Assembly (NCBI RefSeq): GCF_001194135.2
Contig: NC_068981.1
Coordinates: forward strand, 10,224,241-10,262,048
Source: Octopus bimaculoides
Taxonomy: Eukaryota
Reading direction: 5' to 3'
Length of the DNA: 37,808 nucleotides
Of the stretch, positions 1 to 12,413 are shown one piece after another. The translations under genes were made by a program, and so were the position numbers. Below the pieces are notes generated by a model. That model was not told where the DNA came from, did no database searches, and saw only the letters and a program-made list of their open reading frames with translations. Positions within the stretch are counted from its first letter, which is position 1, and each line of letters starts with the position of its first letter.

Positions 1-47
<47 letters not shown>

Positions 48-179
48 TATATATATATATGCACGGCAGCTGAAACTTGCTCAGGATGGCTTTGGTTGAT
101 CAGAGACCTCATTGCGTATTAGATATTTCATAGAACAATTGATGAGGCATTGAGAATAATATTTCTTAAGTATTTTTAT

Positions 180-409
180 GTGTAGGCGCCTAGCTCAGTG
201 GTTAGGATACTCGGCTCACGAGTTTAAGGTCGTATGTTCATTTCCCAGCGCGTGCGCTGTGTTCTTGAAGACACTAGAATCTCAATGGGCCTGTCTTGTA
301 TTCTGTGCTACGCTGAATCTCCCTGAGAACTGCTCAGTCACTTACACATTAATTCATGAGAAGGCTGATCGGGTCACCAGGAACACTCGTCGTCGTAATC
401 GACGGAGTC
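180..409 (+). mobile_element. tRNA-derived SINE, family C
   Basis: A-box-like TAGCTCAGTGG head; body and 3' end (..GACGGAGT) shared with 9750-10072. Confidence 0.65.
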
Positions 410-840
410 TCAAGTTTTTTTTTATATATATTTTAATAAATTTCCAGTCTACTTTGTTGTTGTTGTTGTTGGCCTGTCATAATTCAGCTTTGACCGAACA
501 AACCTATGATCAAAGCAATTCCAGATTTGGCCATCCAATATGATTAAGATTCCATTATCTAAGACGTCGTCGTTGACCATTGCATCGTGTTATTATTCTA
601 AGTAGAGTGTACCGAGGAAGGCACATAGCCGAGTAGTTAGGATATTGCACTCGCGATTGTATGATCGTGGTTTTAATTCTTTGACAGGGTGGTACACTGT
701 GGTCTTGAATAAAACACTTAATTCATTTCATATTGCCTCAATCCACTTAGCTGTGAGTTCCAGCAATAGCTGAAAAGTTAACCCTGCTACGGACCGAGGT
801 CTCGTTCAGAGAAGAGCGTTATAATTTCAAACACTCTCAC

Positions 841-1055
841 GCCGCTACGTTCTGAGTTTAAATTCCGTCGAGGCCGACTTTGCCTTTCATCCTTTCAGGG
901 TCGATTAAACAAGTACCAGTTACGCACTGGGGTCGATGTAATTGTCTTAATCCCTTTGTCTGTCCAAGGACGGAATTTAAACTCAGAACGTAGCGGCAGA
1001 CGAAATACTGCTAAGCATTTCGCCCGGTGTGTGAACGATTCTGCCAGCTCGCCGC
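841..1055. mobile_element. SINE family A: 3' half on plus (841-962) joined to 5' half on minus (969-1055)
   Basis: Similar to many in-window copies (ggcgagctggcagaatcgtt...gagttcaaattccgccgaggtcgactttgcctttcatcctttcggggtcgat). Confidence 0.8.
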
Positions 1056-1196
1056 GCATGTATAAACAGTGTACGATGATAACCAGCAAAGATCTGTGGT
1101 CCTATCTCAATTATTGATATCTTTATTGCTTTAGTTTCTAGTTTTTCTTTTTTTTTTAACATATTTATATTATTCTGATATCAGGTTCAACTAGGG

Positions 1197-1474
1197 CAAA
1201 GGTTCTCAAACTTTTTGGGCCACATAATACCCTCAGCACCCAACCCCTATTTTTATGCATTAAAAAATTTATATTTGTTCTAATTTATATATACTATGAA
1301 TCATTTGATATTTAAGATAATATATAATTTGTATAGAATACTATGATAGTATTATAAATTCATAAGCGTCTCCCAATGCCTCCTTTTTCTCTACCACCCC
1401 CTTAGACACCAGCACCCACCTGGACCCCTCAACGTTCACTGGGGGGAGGGTAGCGCCCACTTTGACAACCTATG
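1197..1474. mobile_element. hAT (Charlie-like) MITE
   Basis: Imperfect TIRs CAAAGGTTCTCAAA / rc CATAGGTTGTCAAA (12/14); perfect 8-bp TSD AACTAGGG at 1189-1196 and 1475-1482. Confidence 0.8.
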
Positions 1475-1482
1475 AACTAGGG

Positions 1483-2000
1483 CAATTGACAATTAGAACG
1501 ATAATAAAGGAGAGAATAACGATATAGATTGATAGGGTGATTCAAGAAAGAGGAACGTTGGTGAATATAGATTGAAGGAGAGATAAAGATAGAGGGAGAT
1601 GATTCGTAATCAATGTGTTGTAAACAGAGAAGGAGAGAGAAATACAGATAGAAAGGAGGGTGATCGAGAGAGAGAGGGGGAAAGAGAATGATGAAGGTGG
1701 AGGAGTAATAATAATTGGTGAGAAGAGAAAGAGAGGGAGGGGTGATAAAGGGAGGTCGTGTAATGAAGGAAGGGAGAAAATGATAAAGAGAGAGTGAAAA
1801 CGGGAAAAATTGAAAGCGTGAAAGACTCAACAGGAAGTGGTAAAGAAAGAGAAAGAGTGTAATAATGGAAGTGGGAGGGTAATCCCCAGAGGCAGGTGGG
1901 AAGCCGGGTGATAAAAAAACCAGAAGTGGAGGAACGAAATGGCAGGAGTGAAAAATGAGTGACAGCCATAAATAAAGGAAAGATAATTAGGGTCAATATA
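1483..2000 (+). repeat. Purine-rich (GA) low-complexity tract
   Basis: Strong A/G strand bias, no family motifs. Confidence 0.7.
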
Positions 2001-2166
2001 TAAAGAAATGGGGGTAATTAAATTTGATGTTTGTCTTGTTTGTATTTGACAGATTATTGGGGAAATGCTAAATGTTAATGGCAGTGTAGAGGTTCGATAA
2101 TCTACTGAATATAATTCTCATGGACGCAATCAGTCAACCATTGCTTTCAAGAACATCAATCTCTCC

Positions 2167-2198
<32 letters not shown>

Positions 2199-2263
2199 TA
2201 ACTCATCTCGGTAGCTTGCTTGCTAGTTATTTATATACATAGAGGTATGTATGATTTTTGAGT

Positions 2264-2600
2264 TTAATGTACGCTCTTGACAGAGTTCAGGCCGGTTGCT
2301 AACAAAACAAGACTCTTTGAGTTAAGAGAGTTCCCAGTGTTTGCGACCATGTGGTTGAGTTGGTGCGTTGGTTGAACTGTCCTCCGCAAATCCCAAATTT
2401 TATTTTGGTTCACGACAGCAACTGTTTTTCGAAGTCTCGTGTTGCTCGAAATGTGGAGTAGATGAACGTCCGACAATAGATGAAGAGTCGTTCTTTATGT
2501 TACTTGTCTTGTTTTCCATTTATTTCTCTCATTGTTCGCATACCCAAGTTTTCCTTCGTATTTCATGTTGTTTTCGTATTTCGTAATTCATGTTGCCGTT
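2264..2600 (-). mobile_element. Degenerate Penelope-like GIY-YIG C-terminal fragment
   Basis: Minus-strand pieces STFRA, KIWDLRR and LKESCFVSNRPEL resemble PLE endonuclease C-terminal motifs (..IWDLK.., EK..I..RPEL); heavily decayed. Confidence 0.4.
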
Positions 2601-2801
2601 TCTAACAAATTTTTTAATTGCTCAATGAATGCATTATATCATCATAAAGAACCGTTTTCTTCAGATAAATACATGAATCTTACAGTTAAGGACATTTAAA
2701 ATAATTTTTGAAATAATTCAAAATTCACGGCAGCATACATTTTCAATGATCCTGCCACTAGTTCAGTCACCTCAACTTTAATTAACTTATTCAACTGAAT
2801 C

Positions 2802-4405
2802 TTGTTTATATTATTCATGGTGGCTCTTTCAGACATGCCATCAGTTACACATATAGCCACACTTACTAGCTATGCCGCTGACACAAAAGTAGTACAAGCA
2901 GTCAAGGAACCTTCTGATGCTAATCTTCAACAGAAAGACCCAGGTGCCATATATAAATGGGCTGAGGACAACAACATGCACTTTAATGCAGGCAAACTCC
3001 AACACCTCCGCTACCAGCTAATTGGCGCTCAGAAGTCACAACGATACTTTGGACCAAAGAGAGCGGCAATCCTAGAATCACATACAGTGCGTGATATGAG
3101 CAACGATGCCTCGTTTCACATGCATGTCACCAAGATGATGGCAGTGTGCAGGCGAATGGTCGGGTGGATTCTGAGGACCTTCAGAACAAGGGACGGATCT
3201 TTTTTAAAACGGGGGCCACATTTTTCATTAATGTTTTACGTAGTGTTTTTGGTACCGAAAGACTTTCAAACTTCGTATACTTATCTATTTTGTGTTATAG
3301 AACAGAAAAATATTTTTGTATTCGAATTTATTTCATGTAAAAAAATTGTCTTATTTCGATAATTTCAACCAATCACTGACAAGTATTCAGTTGTTTACAT
3401 TTACTCCTTTGGCTCATTAAGCGATGTAAAGCGTATTTAATCTCCATACCTTCGTTTTATTTGCTTTTTTCATTTTAAATTTGCTTTAACCCTAACCCTA
3501 ACCCTATGGTTAGGGTTAGAGTTAGGGTTAGGGTTAATTGTTTCAGAATCGTTTGTTTATGTAGTCGGCACTTAATGTATATCGGCTGAATGGACGTCAG
3601 TGATTGGTTGAAATTACAGAAATACGACAACTTTAACATGGAATAATTTATGGATTTCTTTTTTTTTAAGAAGACTAAGAGAAAAAGATGTTTTATATGA
3701 CACATTCTACCAGTGTTCCAAGTTTCAAAGTGTTTCGTTAATGAAAAATGTGGCCCCCGTTTTAAAAAAGATCCCAAGGGACCAGGAAACTATGCTGGTC
3801 CTATGGAGGACATTTGTCCTCAGCCGTCTGGACAACTGCTCTCAACTATAGTCACCTTACACTGTAGGATTAATAGTAGAACTTGAGGCGGTTCAGTGAT
3901 ACAAGGAAGATAGTATCAATGGAACAGTTGGGCTACTGGGAGAGACTGAAAGAACTACCACTCTATTCCCTGGAGCGAATACAGGAGAGGCATGCAGTGA
4001 TATATGTGTGGAAGATACTGGAGGGGCTGGCACCAAACGTTGAAATTGAAAGTTATACCAGACCTCGGAATAGACGTCACTTCATTTGCAAAAGCCTCAG
4101 CTGCCTCATCTAAAGCGAGGACCATGTATTGCAATAGCTTGGGATTTAAGGGTCCAAAGCTATTTAATTCTTTCCCAAAACATCTGAGGGATCTCCATGG
4201 AGTGAGTGTAGATGTTTTCAAGAAACAGCTTGACCTCCAAGACCCCAGATGAACCAATATCAAAGCAGGAAACTCAAAAGAGGGCAGCGGTATCGAACTC
4301 CCTCTTTCACCAAAAGCCAATCCCATAGAATTGGGCAATTAAAAGGTGATTACACAGGCGGTGCCTCCGCATGGCCGCAGCCTCATGGCTGAAACATATA
4401 AAAGA
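2802..4405 (+). mobile_element. 5'-truncated CR1-group non-LTR retrotransposon (RT C-terminus and 3' UTR), interrupted at 3195-3774
   Basis: SYAADTK (decayed YADD), KWAEDNNMHFNAGK, GWILRTFRTRD|QETMLVLWRTFVLSRLDNCSQL*SP (continuous once the insert is removed), YWERLKELPLYSLER, VWKILEGLAPN, NSLGFKGPKLFN, VDVFKKQLD; ends in an AT tail. Confidence 0.85.
3195..3774. mobile_element. Non-autonomous TIR element (MITE) with 37-bp TIRs, 8-bp TSD and central telomere-type repeats
   Basis: Perfect TIR GGATCTTTTTTAAAACGGGGGCCACATTTTTCATTAA (3195-3231 / 3738-3774); TSD CAAGGGAC (3187-3194, 3775-3782); internal inverted repeat 3361-3380 / 3596-3615; (CCCTAA)n then (TTAGGG)n at 3487-3536. Confidence 0.92.
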
Positions 4406-4417
4406 TATATGTATATA

Positions 4418-5530
4418 TAGCGGTTGGACAAAATGATGGAAACACCTTAAAATTTCAAACAAATTTATTTTAATATGGGGTAGGACCGCCTTTGGCAGTA
4501 ATTACAGCTTGAATTCTATGAGGTATGGACTCGTTTGAATTGTTTCCAATGGAATTTTTGTCCCATTCTTCAGCCAAAAGAGTTTCGAGTTCTTGTAGTG
4601 ATGATGGTGGAGGATATCGACTCCTTACTTGTTTTTCTAAAATGCATCATGAATGTTCAATAATATTGTGATCTGGGGACTGCGGTGGCCAGATAAGATG
4701 TTCAGCTTCATTAGAATGTTCCACATGCCATTCAGTAACAACTTTAGCTGTGTGAATTGGTGCATTATCATCCTGAACGATTGCGTTTCCCTCCGGAAAC
4801 AGTTCCGCAATTATAGGATGAATTTGATCAGATAAAATGCTTAAATAGTCTTGACTATTAATTCTGCCATGAAGAGAAACCATTGGGCCGGCGGATTTCT
4901 AAGATATATCATCACAGATCCTTCTCTATGTTTAACAGTTAGTTGGAAGAAGGCAGTCTGAGTCAAAACATTCTTTTGACTGTCCCCACACGCATACTCG
5001 GCTGGTACTCCGAAATAATGTAAAGGATGACTCGTCCGAGAAAATAGCATTCTTCCACTGCTCTTGGGACCAATTCTGTAGGTTTTTACTCCACTCTAAA
5101 TGCTTTGCAACGTTTGTTTTCGAAAGAAGTGGTTTTCTGATTGCAGCCCTCCTGTGAAANNNNNNNNNNNNNNNNNNNNNNNNNNNNNNNNNNNNNNNNN
5201 NNNNNNNNNNNNNNNNNNNNNNNNNNNNNNNNNNNNNNNNNNNNNNNNNNNNNNNNNNNNGGGAGCTATCTTTTGTGATCCTTTCTAACAATTCGCGTAG
5301 GAGTCCAACAGTCCCTATCTGAAAGTTTTCGTTTTCTTCTGGAGTTTTGTTTCAACGGGGAGGTGTTTCCCTCTTTCTCAAAGGCTGTCATTACTTTCGA
5401 GACAGTACTTCTTGATACACCAAACAGTTCGGCTGTTTTCGTTACGCTAGCACCTGCCATACGAGCACGAACAATTTGACCTCTTTAAAAGTCCGATAGA
5501 TCTGTCATTTTAATGAATTTTATACAGGTA
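4418..5530 (-). mobile_element. Tc1/mariner transposase pseudogene, DD36E spacing; one TIR at 4418-4445
   Basis: Frameshifted ORFs 5266-5460 (HTH: VTKTAELFGVSRSTVSKV), 4932-5291 (RKPLLS, IFSDESSF) and 4647-4883 (QDDNAPIH...WPPQSPDHNIIE). The TIR follows TA. An N-gap lies inside the element. Confidence 0.9.
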
Positions 5531-5571
5531 TTTCAGAGTTGAGCATACTTTTTCAGTATCGACAAAAATTA

Positions 5572-5633
<62 letters not shown>

Positions 5634-5703
5634 NNNNNNNNNNNNNNNNNNNNNNNNNNNNNNNNNNNNNNNNNNNNNNNNNNNNNNNNNNNNNNNNNNN
5701 NNN

Positions 5704-5746
<43 letters not shown>

Positions 5747-6059
5747 GTTTAGAGACAGAGAGACAGACAGACCAAGTGCGTGGTCTAATTATTAGACCCA
5801 TAATCACCAGTTCATAGTTTTGATTCGCAGGCCGGAACATACGTTGTTCTCTTGAACAAAATACTTCAGTTGAGGCAGTTAAAAATGAATACCAGCAGCA
5901 GCTGAGGCTTAATCGTACGACGCATTAGCGTCCATTTCAGAAGAGAGGAGTGTATTCTACTCCCATCGGTCACTAATACGCCATGGGAACAGGATAAAGC
6001 ACCGGTTTGATTAGTCTATAAGCTTGCGACACTCCTATCGATAGGGTGACGTGTTTGTT

Positions 6060-7120
6060 CTGCAAGATTCTCAATGTGAGTGCATGTGCTGAGTAAACAT
6101 TTCATTGAATACATTATCTCTCAGTTCCATGTAGTTTCTCGAGATTACATTAGTAGGAGAAAGTCATCCTGTAGACCACTGCCTTTGAAAGGTAGAATTT
6201 CTTACGTGGACATTGCAATTGATTTTGACAGTTGCAAGTGGGTGCCGACAACAAAGCTTACGGAGGCGCATGCTGTTTTTCTGTTGTGACGTTCGATGAA
6301 GCAATATTGTACGACCCATAGTAACTAATTATACCTTTATGGAAATTATAAAGTCTGTGCTATTTATGTTTTCTGGAGAATTACTGCCTAATTAAGGATA
6401 AAATGTTCCTGGCTACGTTCGCAAAGATAGCTTGGTTGAACAGAGAATTGAGAGATTTTCATCTTTCTAACTCCCAGAGCAGGGAGGAGTGAAAATTTTC
6501 TGTCACATTAACTTGTCATTAAAGGATCTTTAATCACATGAACTTCTCATTAAATCCAGTTTTCGCTAACGCCTCGTTAACATGGGGCGCAGAGCTGTCG
6601 AAGATATCTCTATCTGAGAAAACTAATTAGAGATTGCCTGTTACTGACTTTGTAATTACAACCAAGATTTGCTGGAACTCCCATGAATATGTTAAGTTTC
6701 ATCAGGGTTTCTATAGGTTTAGGCTTTATCTATCCTGAGGTCTAAAGTTGATTATGGTGGAAGTTATGTTTAAGCCAAACACTTTGATGAGGATTCTGTC
6801 TTCCCAAAATAAGTTTCTATAGAACTGTTCTTATCTCAGCTGAGATTATCGTAAAGAAATACATTGGCTTCAACAAGCAGATGAACTATTCCAGGCTCAG
6901 GGACAGGAAAACTGCACAACCTTTGTCCTCTTTAACTAAAAGCATTTGGGGGAAAATAACCTGCCTTGTATATTCTGGAATATTCTCAACAAAGTCTCTT
7001 CTTACTCTGAGTGTGCAACTTTTTGTTCTACGAGAAACAGTACATAATGCAACCGCTGTTTCTTTAACAAATAAACTAGACATTTATACTGCAGCCACCA
7101 ACAGATCTCACTGTCAATAA
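6060..7120 (-). mobile_element. Degenerate Penelope-like element (RT thumb and GIY-YIG start)
   Basis: Hand translation through stops and frameshifts gives ordered PLE-like blocks: TYRNPDET*HIHGSS, DIFDSSAPHVNEALAKTGFNEKF, LFNQAIFANVARNILSLIRQ*FSRKH, IERHNRK, TCNCQNQLQCP, AVVYR, RNYMEL. Confidence 0.65.
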
Positions 7121-7860
7121 ACTGAAAATATTTTTGCAGTTAGAAATTTCATTTTATACGACCTCATCATTTTTTTAATGCTTGACTTTGAATAAAGACT
7201 AACCTATTTAATGCTTTTCATAAAATCTTTATAAAGCTTTTATTTTTAAAAAATGCTTATCATTGTCCATTCGGCGGATTTGTCTTTCGGCGAATTTCTC
7301 TATACAGCGAATAATTCAAATTCGCAGTAAATTATAAGCCAACAATTGTTAATACTATTCTATAAATATTCCAAAAATATCAAATTTCACGAGAATTTAT
7401 ATTAAGACTTTTCCTGTTTATTATGCCAATTTCCTCTCATTCAGCAGCTGATCAACATTCGTTAAACCTTGCAGTCCTGAAATTACTATTTTCATCTCTT
7501 GGCTTGAACTGCCCAATAAGAACGAGTCGTTCTCATCATGAAATGAAATTATTACTTAGAAACTATACCCGCCTTATCAGTTAGCATTATCGCATGCGAA
7601 TGAACAAACGTAGATTTTCAGCTGTCAAACATTTAATAAGGCAGTTTATCATTAAACTAGGAATAGAAATAGAGAGAGAGAGAGAGAGAGTGTGGGTGTG
7701 TGTGTGTGACGAGAATATTTCTTAGTGTAAGAGTTTAACAAAAGGCGCAGTGAAAGAGAAAGAATCAAAACATCAGACCGATGGTATATTATATATATAT
7801 ATATATATATATAAGCAATGTTAATTCTCTAAANNNNNNNNNNAAGTGGCAATATACTAC

Positions 7861-7891
<31 letters not shown>

Positions 7892-8239
7892 TATCGATAT
7901 GTAATTACAAGGACCATAGATCTAAGTGTAGGAAGTTTACAAGCTTCGAGCAGTCCGTGGTAGGTATAAAAAAACAACGTTCAAGAATGAATATATATCT
8001 GAGCGAGATGCAAACAGTAGCAGTACGACATCGTGAAGTATATTTGCCACCTAAATGTGGCTGACCCATATAGGACGATGCTACTGTAGTTTATAGCCCC
8101 AGGAAGACATCTCCTTCAGCTGTTTGTGCCCGATCACAGTATTTGCGAAGGGAAATCATCGTTCCCATTTCGAGCCTTACGTGATACACACGGACCCGGG
8201 TTGCTTCTTGTGTATTGTCTGTGTAAAACATGGTAAATG

Positions 8240-8493
8240 TATTGTGTGGTAATAAGCTTGCTTTCCAGCCACATGATTCCGGGTTCAGTCCCATTGCGTG
8301 GCACCTTGAGCAAGTTTCTTCTTCTATAGCCTCGGGCCGATTAAAGCCTTTTGAGTGGATTTGCTAGAGGGAAACAGAAAGAAGCCCGTTGTATATATAT
8401 ATATATATATATATATACATGCATATCTATGTGCATATATATATATATGCATACATGCATGCATATATATGTGTGTATATATATTTATATACA

Positions 8494-8547
<54 letters not shown>

Positions 8548-8760
8548 ATTGTGCTAGTGTTTATTTCCTACCATCGCTTGACAACCGGTGTTGGTGAGTT
8601 TAAGTACCCGTAAACTAGCGGTTCGGCAAAAGAGACCGATAGAATATTACCAGACTTAGAACAAAAAAAGAACTGGACGTCGATTTGTTTGACAAAAAGC
8701 CTTCGAGGCGGTGCCCCAGTATGGACACACTCAGATGAACGAAACATATAAAAGATAAAA
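8240..8760 (+). mobile_element. SINE family B with internal microsatellite
   Basis: Head tgtgtggtaa..agcttgct..ccgggttcagtccc, then (TA)/(TG)n, then tail gcggttcggcaaaagagaccgat...ggcggtgc; repeated in window. Confidence 0.8.
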
Positions 8761-9450
8761 GATGTACCTATTGCGGTGACGTAATTTGTACATCTGAACC
8801 TCGTCCATTTATTGTATGATTTATTATTGTTTATATTTGAATTACATATATACGGTGGTACCAAAATCTCTTAAGTGCTTAGGGCCTCTATGGGTTTTAA
8901 TCCGGCCCTAAACTCTATGGTTGGAAACAATGTGTAACGAACAAAGCTTAGATTGTTAAGAGATTGAACGTATGATTAGTTGCTCCAGAAAAGAAACTTT
9001 GAACTTAAAGACAAACTTAAATGTAGCGTGCAGACGACAAGTTTTCTGTGATAATAAACTCGGTTCCCATTTTAAATATGTTTCACTGATTTTTATAAAT
9101 GCCAGAACATGACTTCTGTTTCCTATTTTCTTTCCATTATAGTTGTGAGGTTTACGTTTCACGAATAACAAATCATTAAATACTTGTACAGTACCCTGAA
9201 ATAAATCTCAACTATTTATATCTCAGTTTTTGTTTTGCCTTAATGTAAGACTACACGGAATAACTTCGCGTTTGTTTTTGTCATGTTTAGATTCTTTTTT
9301 TTCTTTTGTAAACGTATGAATTGTGCTCTTGTATATATGTACTCATACATATAACAATGTATATCGATATGTGTGTCAGAGTGCGTGTCACAAATACACA
9401 CACCACAAATACAGATTCACACACATGTACGTATACATATGCATACACAT

Positions 9451-9483
<33 letters not shown>

Positions 9484-9749
9484 CTCAATGTGACAAGCGA
9501 GACCAAAAGCGCGCGTGTGTGTATACATAGATACACAGACATATAAAGAATATTTATCCACCAAATGCAGTGTTCAGAACTGATTCTTACTATTCAATAC
9601 TATTGTGTATATAAGTCACGGATACCATTCAACTACAGCTATTTTAAAGTTCGTCAATGCCCAGTTCGAATAGACCTCGGCGGTTTCATCTTTTCTCTTT
9701 CGTTTTGCTCTTGTTCTTTTTTCTTTCATATTGGAGACATAGCTGAAGG

Positions 9750-10072
9750 AACGTGGCTTAGTGGTTAAAGGTATTCGGTACACGATCATAAAGTCGTGAG
9801 TTCGGTACATAGCGGCTCGTTGGATCCTTGAGTAAAATATTTTTTTCACTTTACTCCAGTCAGTTCAACTGCCAAAAATGAGGAGTACCTCTAAGTCAAA
9901 GAGCCAGCATAATCGCATTCTGTGTCACGTTGAATCTTGCTGGGAACTACGTTAAAGGTACATAGGTCTGTGAGTGCTCAGCCACGTGCACGTAAATTTC
10001 ACAAGCTGGTTGTTCCGTTGATCTGACCAAACGGAACACTCGTAGTCACAACCGACGGAGTACTAGTTTGTA
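9750..10072 (+). mobile_element. tRNA-derived SINE, family C
   Basis: TGGCTTAGTGG head; similar in body to 180-409. Confidence 0.65.
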
Positions 10073-10304
10073 CTGGGGACATATGAGAGCTTGTTAATAT
10101 ACATGTACAGTCATTTGAACTTACGGAAACAGTCGTGAGTCTGTCGTGAATGAGATCAAAATCAATACAAGCTATATGCGACTAAGTTCAACACCTAAGA
10201 AAAATGAAAATAAAAACAATTGTAGTAAAAATATATGAAATAGATGCGACGAGGATTTTGACGCATGATGAAATAGACAGAAGTAAATTTAATGATTTTT
10301 TTAG

Positions 10305-10715
10305 TTATTTTACTTGTTTCCGTCATTAGACTGGGGCCATGCTGAAGCACCGCCTTGAGGAATATTAGTCGGATGATTGAACCACCGGTAATTTTTTTTA
10401 GAACCTGGTACTTATTTTATCGGTCTTTTGTGCTGAACTGCAAAGTTAAGGGAACGTAAACAGACGAACACCGGTTGTCGAACGGTCCTGGAGGACAAAC
10501 ACAAAGACACACACACACACGCACGCAGATAAATAGATAGATAGATACATACATACATACGATTGGCTTCTTTTAGTTTCCGTCTACCAAACCTACTCAC
10601 AAGGCTCTGGTCAGCTCGAGACTATAGTAAAAGACACTTCTATAAAGTGCCACGCAATGAGACTGAACTTTGTGGTAGGGAAGCAAACTTCATACCCCAC
10701 AGCCATACCTGCACT
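10305..10715 (-). mobile_element. SINE family B
   Basis: Reverse-complement similarity to 8240-8760. Confidence 0.75.
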
Positions 10716-11321
10716 TACTGTTTGCCGTTAAATGGCTAGAATAGCTTTTCCACGATGTAAAACCTATATTAACAACGTGTGCGCGTACGTGCATGTGTGG
10801 TTTGTGCTCATATTATGGAGTTTGTGATGTAAATGGTATATACGACCATAAAGGACTATAACTTAATATGAAGTTGAGCTTTGCCATTCAATAAATGAAT
10901 TTTGATAAAGCAAGTGTCAAACTATGTACTGCAAATCGATACAATTAACAAGAGGTCTTTAAGGTTATGCTTCCCCAGCCGAGGCTCAATCGAATGGCTG
11001 ACACCTGTAAGTAAATTATGATACAAACACATTCTTCAGATAGTTGCTGGCCAAGTCTGGCTGACTAACTTTGAACAGACATTTTTCGATGCTACTGAAT
11101 AGAAATTGTTTTAAAATTTTCTAATAAATAAGCAGCAACAAAAGCCATTACAGCGGATGCAAATAACCACAGTGAAGAGACGTACATAGAAAACAAATTA
11201 TATAAACTGCTTTCTGTGTTTATCGTACATTTTCATACATACATACATACATACATACATACATACATGTGTGTGTGTTTGTATGCGTGCTTGTCCGTGT
11301 GCATTTATGTACATATCTCTA

Positions 11322-11396
<75 letters not shown>

Positions 11397-11762
11397 ATAT
11401 ATATATTAAAATAGTAGGGTAAAAAAATGGATATTAATTAATATCAATTTAATACCAGGAAACTAGCACATTAAAAGAATTATATATATAACGGAGCAAG
11501 TAATCCAAGAGAAAACATTTGCGAAGATATTATTGAAGATATCATTATCTAGTGTAATAATTAAAAATGATAATAACAGAATCAATAATAGAGGCGATTG
11601 CAGACCCTCACCCCCACCAAAGAAAAAAAAAGCATTAAATAGCCCGAAAGATTAAAATTAATCAAAGGACATACTAAGTATATCTGCCGGTTGGAAATAA
11701 GAGCTTTAACTTATTTCCGGGAGGTAGACATATTTAGTATGTTCTTTCGTTAATTTTAACCC

Positions 11763-11800
<38 letters not shown>

Positions 11801-12381
11801 ATTGCTATATGACATTAAAAAACAAACAGGCAATTTATATTGTTTGTGTGTGTTGTTATAACCTGACATAAGATAGCAAACAGATAGATATATATATTGT
11901 GACATTTGTGAACTTAAGTAATAAATATTACGGATAATGTAACTGACATAAAACATACATGTTAGTACAGCTAAAATATAATCGAAATATGTTTAGTTTT
12001 CTCTTCACTCGCCATGTTTTCTCCCTTCATAAATGAAATAAAAACTGAATTGTTTTGATGTGAAAGTGATGATGTTGTTACTGTTGTTGCGGTTTCTCTT
12101 CTAGTTGTCAACATTGCCGACATGTAGTTACACATTTTCGTTAGAAACATGTATTATTTTAATTGATCCCAAAAGGTGTCGACTGCGGTGGGAAACAAAC
12201 TTAAAAGAGGCATACTTAAATACCACAAGGCATTCTCCGCATGTTTCCGATTCTCCAATACCATATTAATAATAATATTGACTTCATATTCAGGCACACG
12301 GCCAGTAATTTCGATGTTAGGAGTAAGTCGACCCCGAAAGGATGTAAGGCAAAGTCGACTGACGGAATTATAACAACAACT

Positions 12382-12413
<32 letters not shown>

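Noticed and set aside
180-260. tRNA genes at SINE heads (also 9750, 37645)
   Set aside because: A/B-box-like heads run directly into SINE bodies with no complete cloverleaf.
1477-1996. Minus-strand S/L/F/P-rich ORFs
   Set aside because: By-product of the GA-rich low-complexity tract.
3487-3536. Telomere fusion relic
   Set aside because: The orientation is (CCCTAA)n then (TTAGGG)n, the opposite of an end-to-end fusion, and it lies at the centre of a TSD-flanked transposon.
10979-11006. Possible 28-nt micro-exon (cag|CCGAGG...ACACCT|gtaagt) in phase with exon A
   Set aside because: Weak pyrimidine tract, no TRPC similarity, and such sites arise by chance in 12 kb; needs junction reads.
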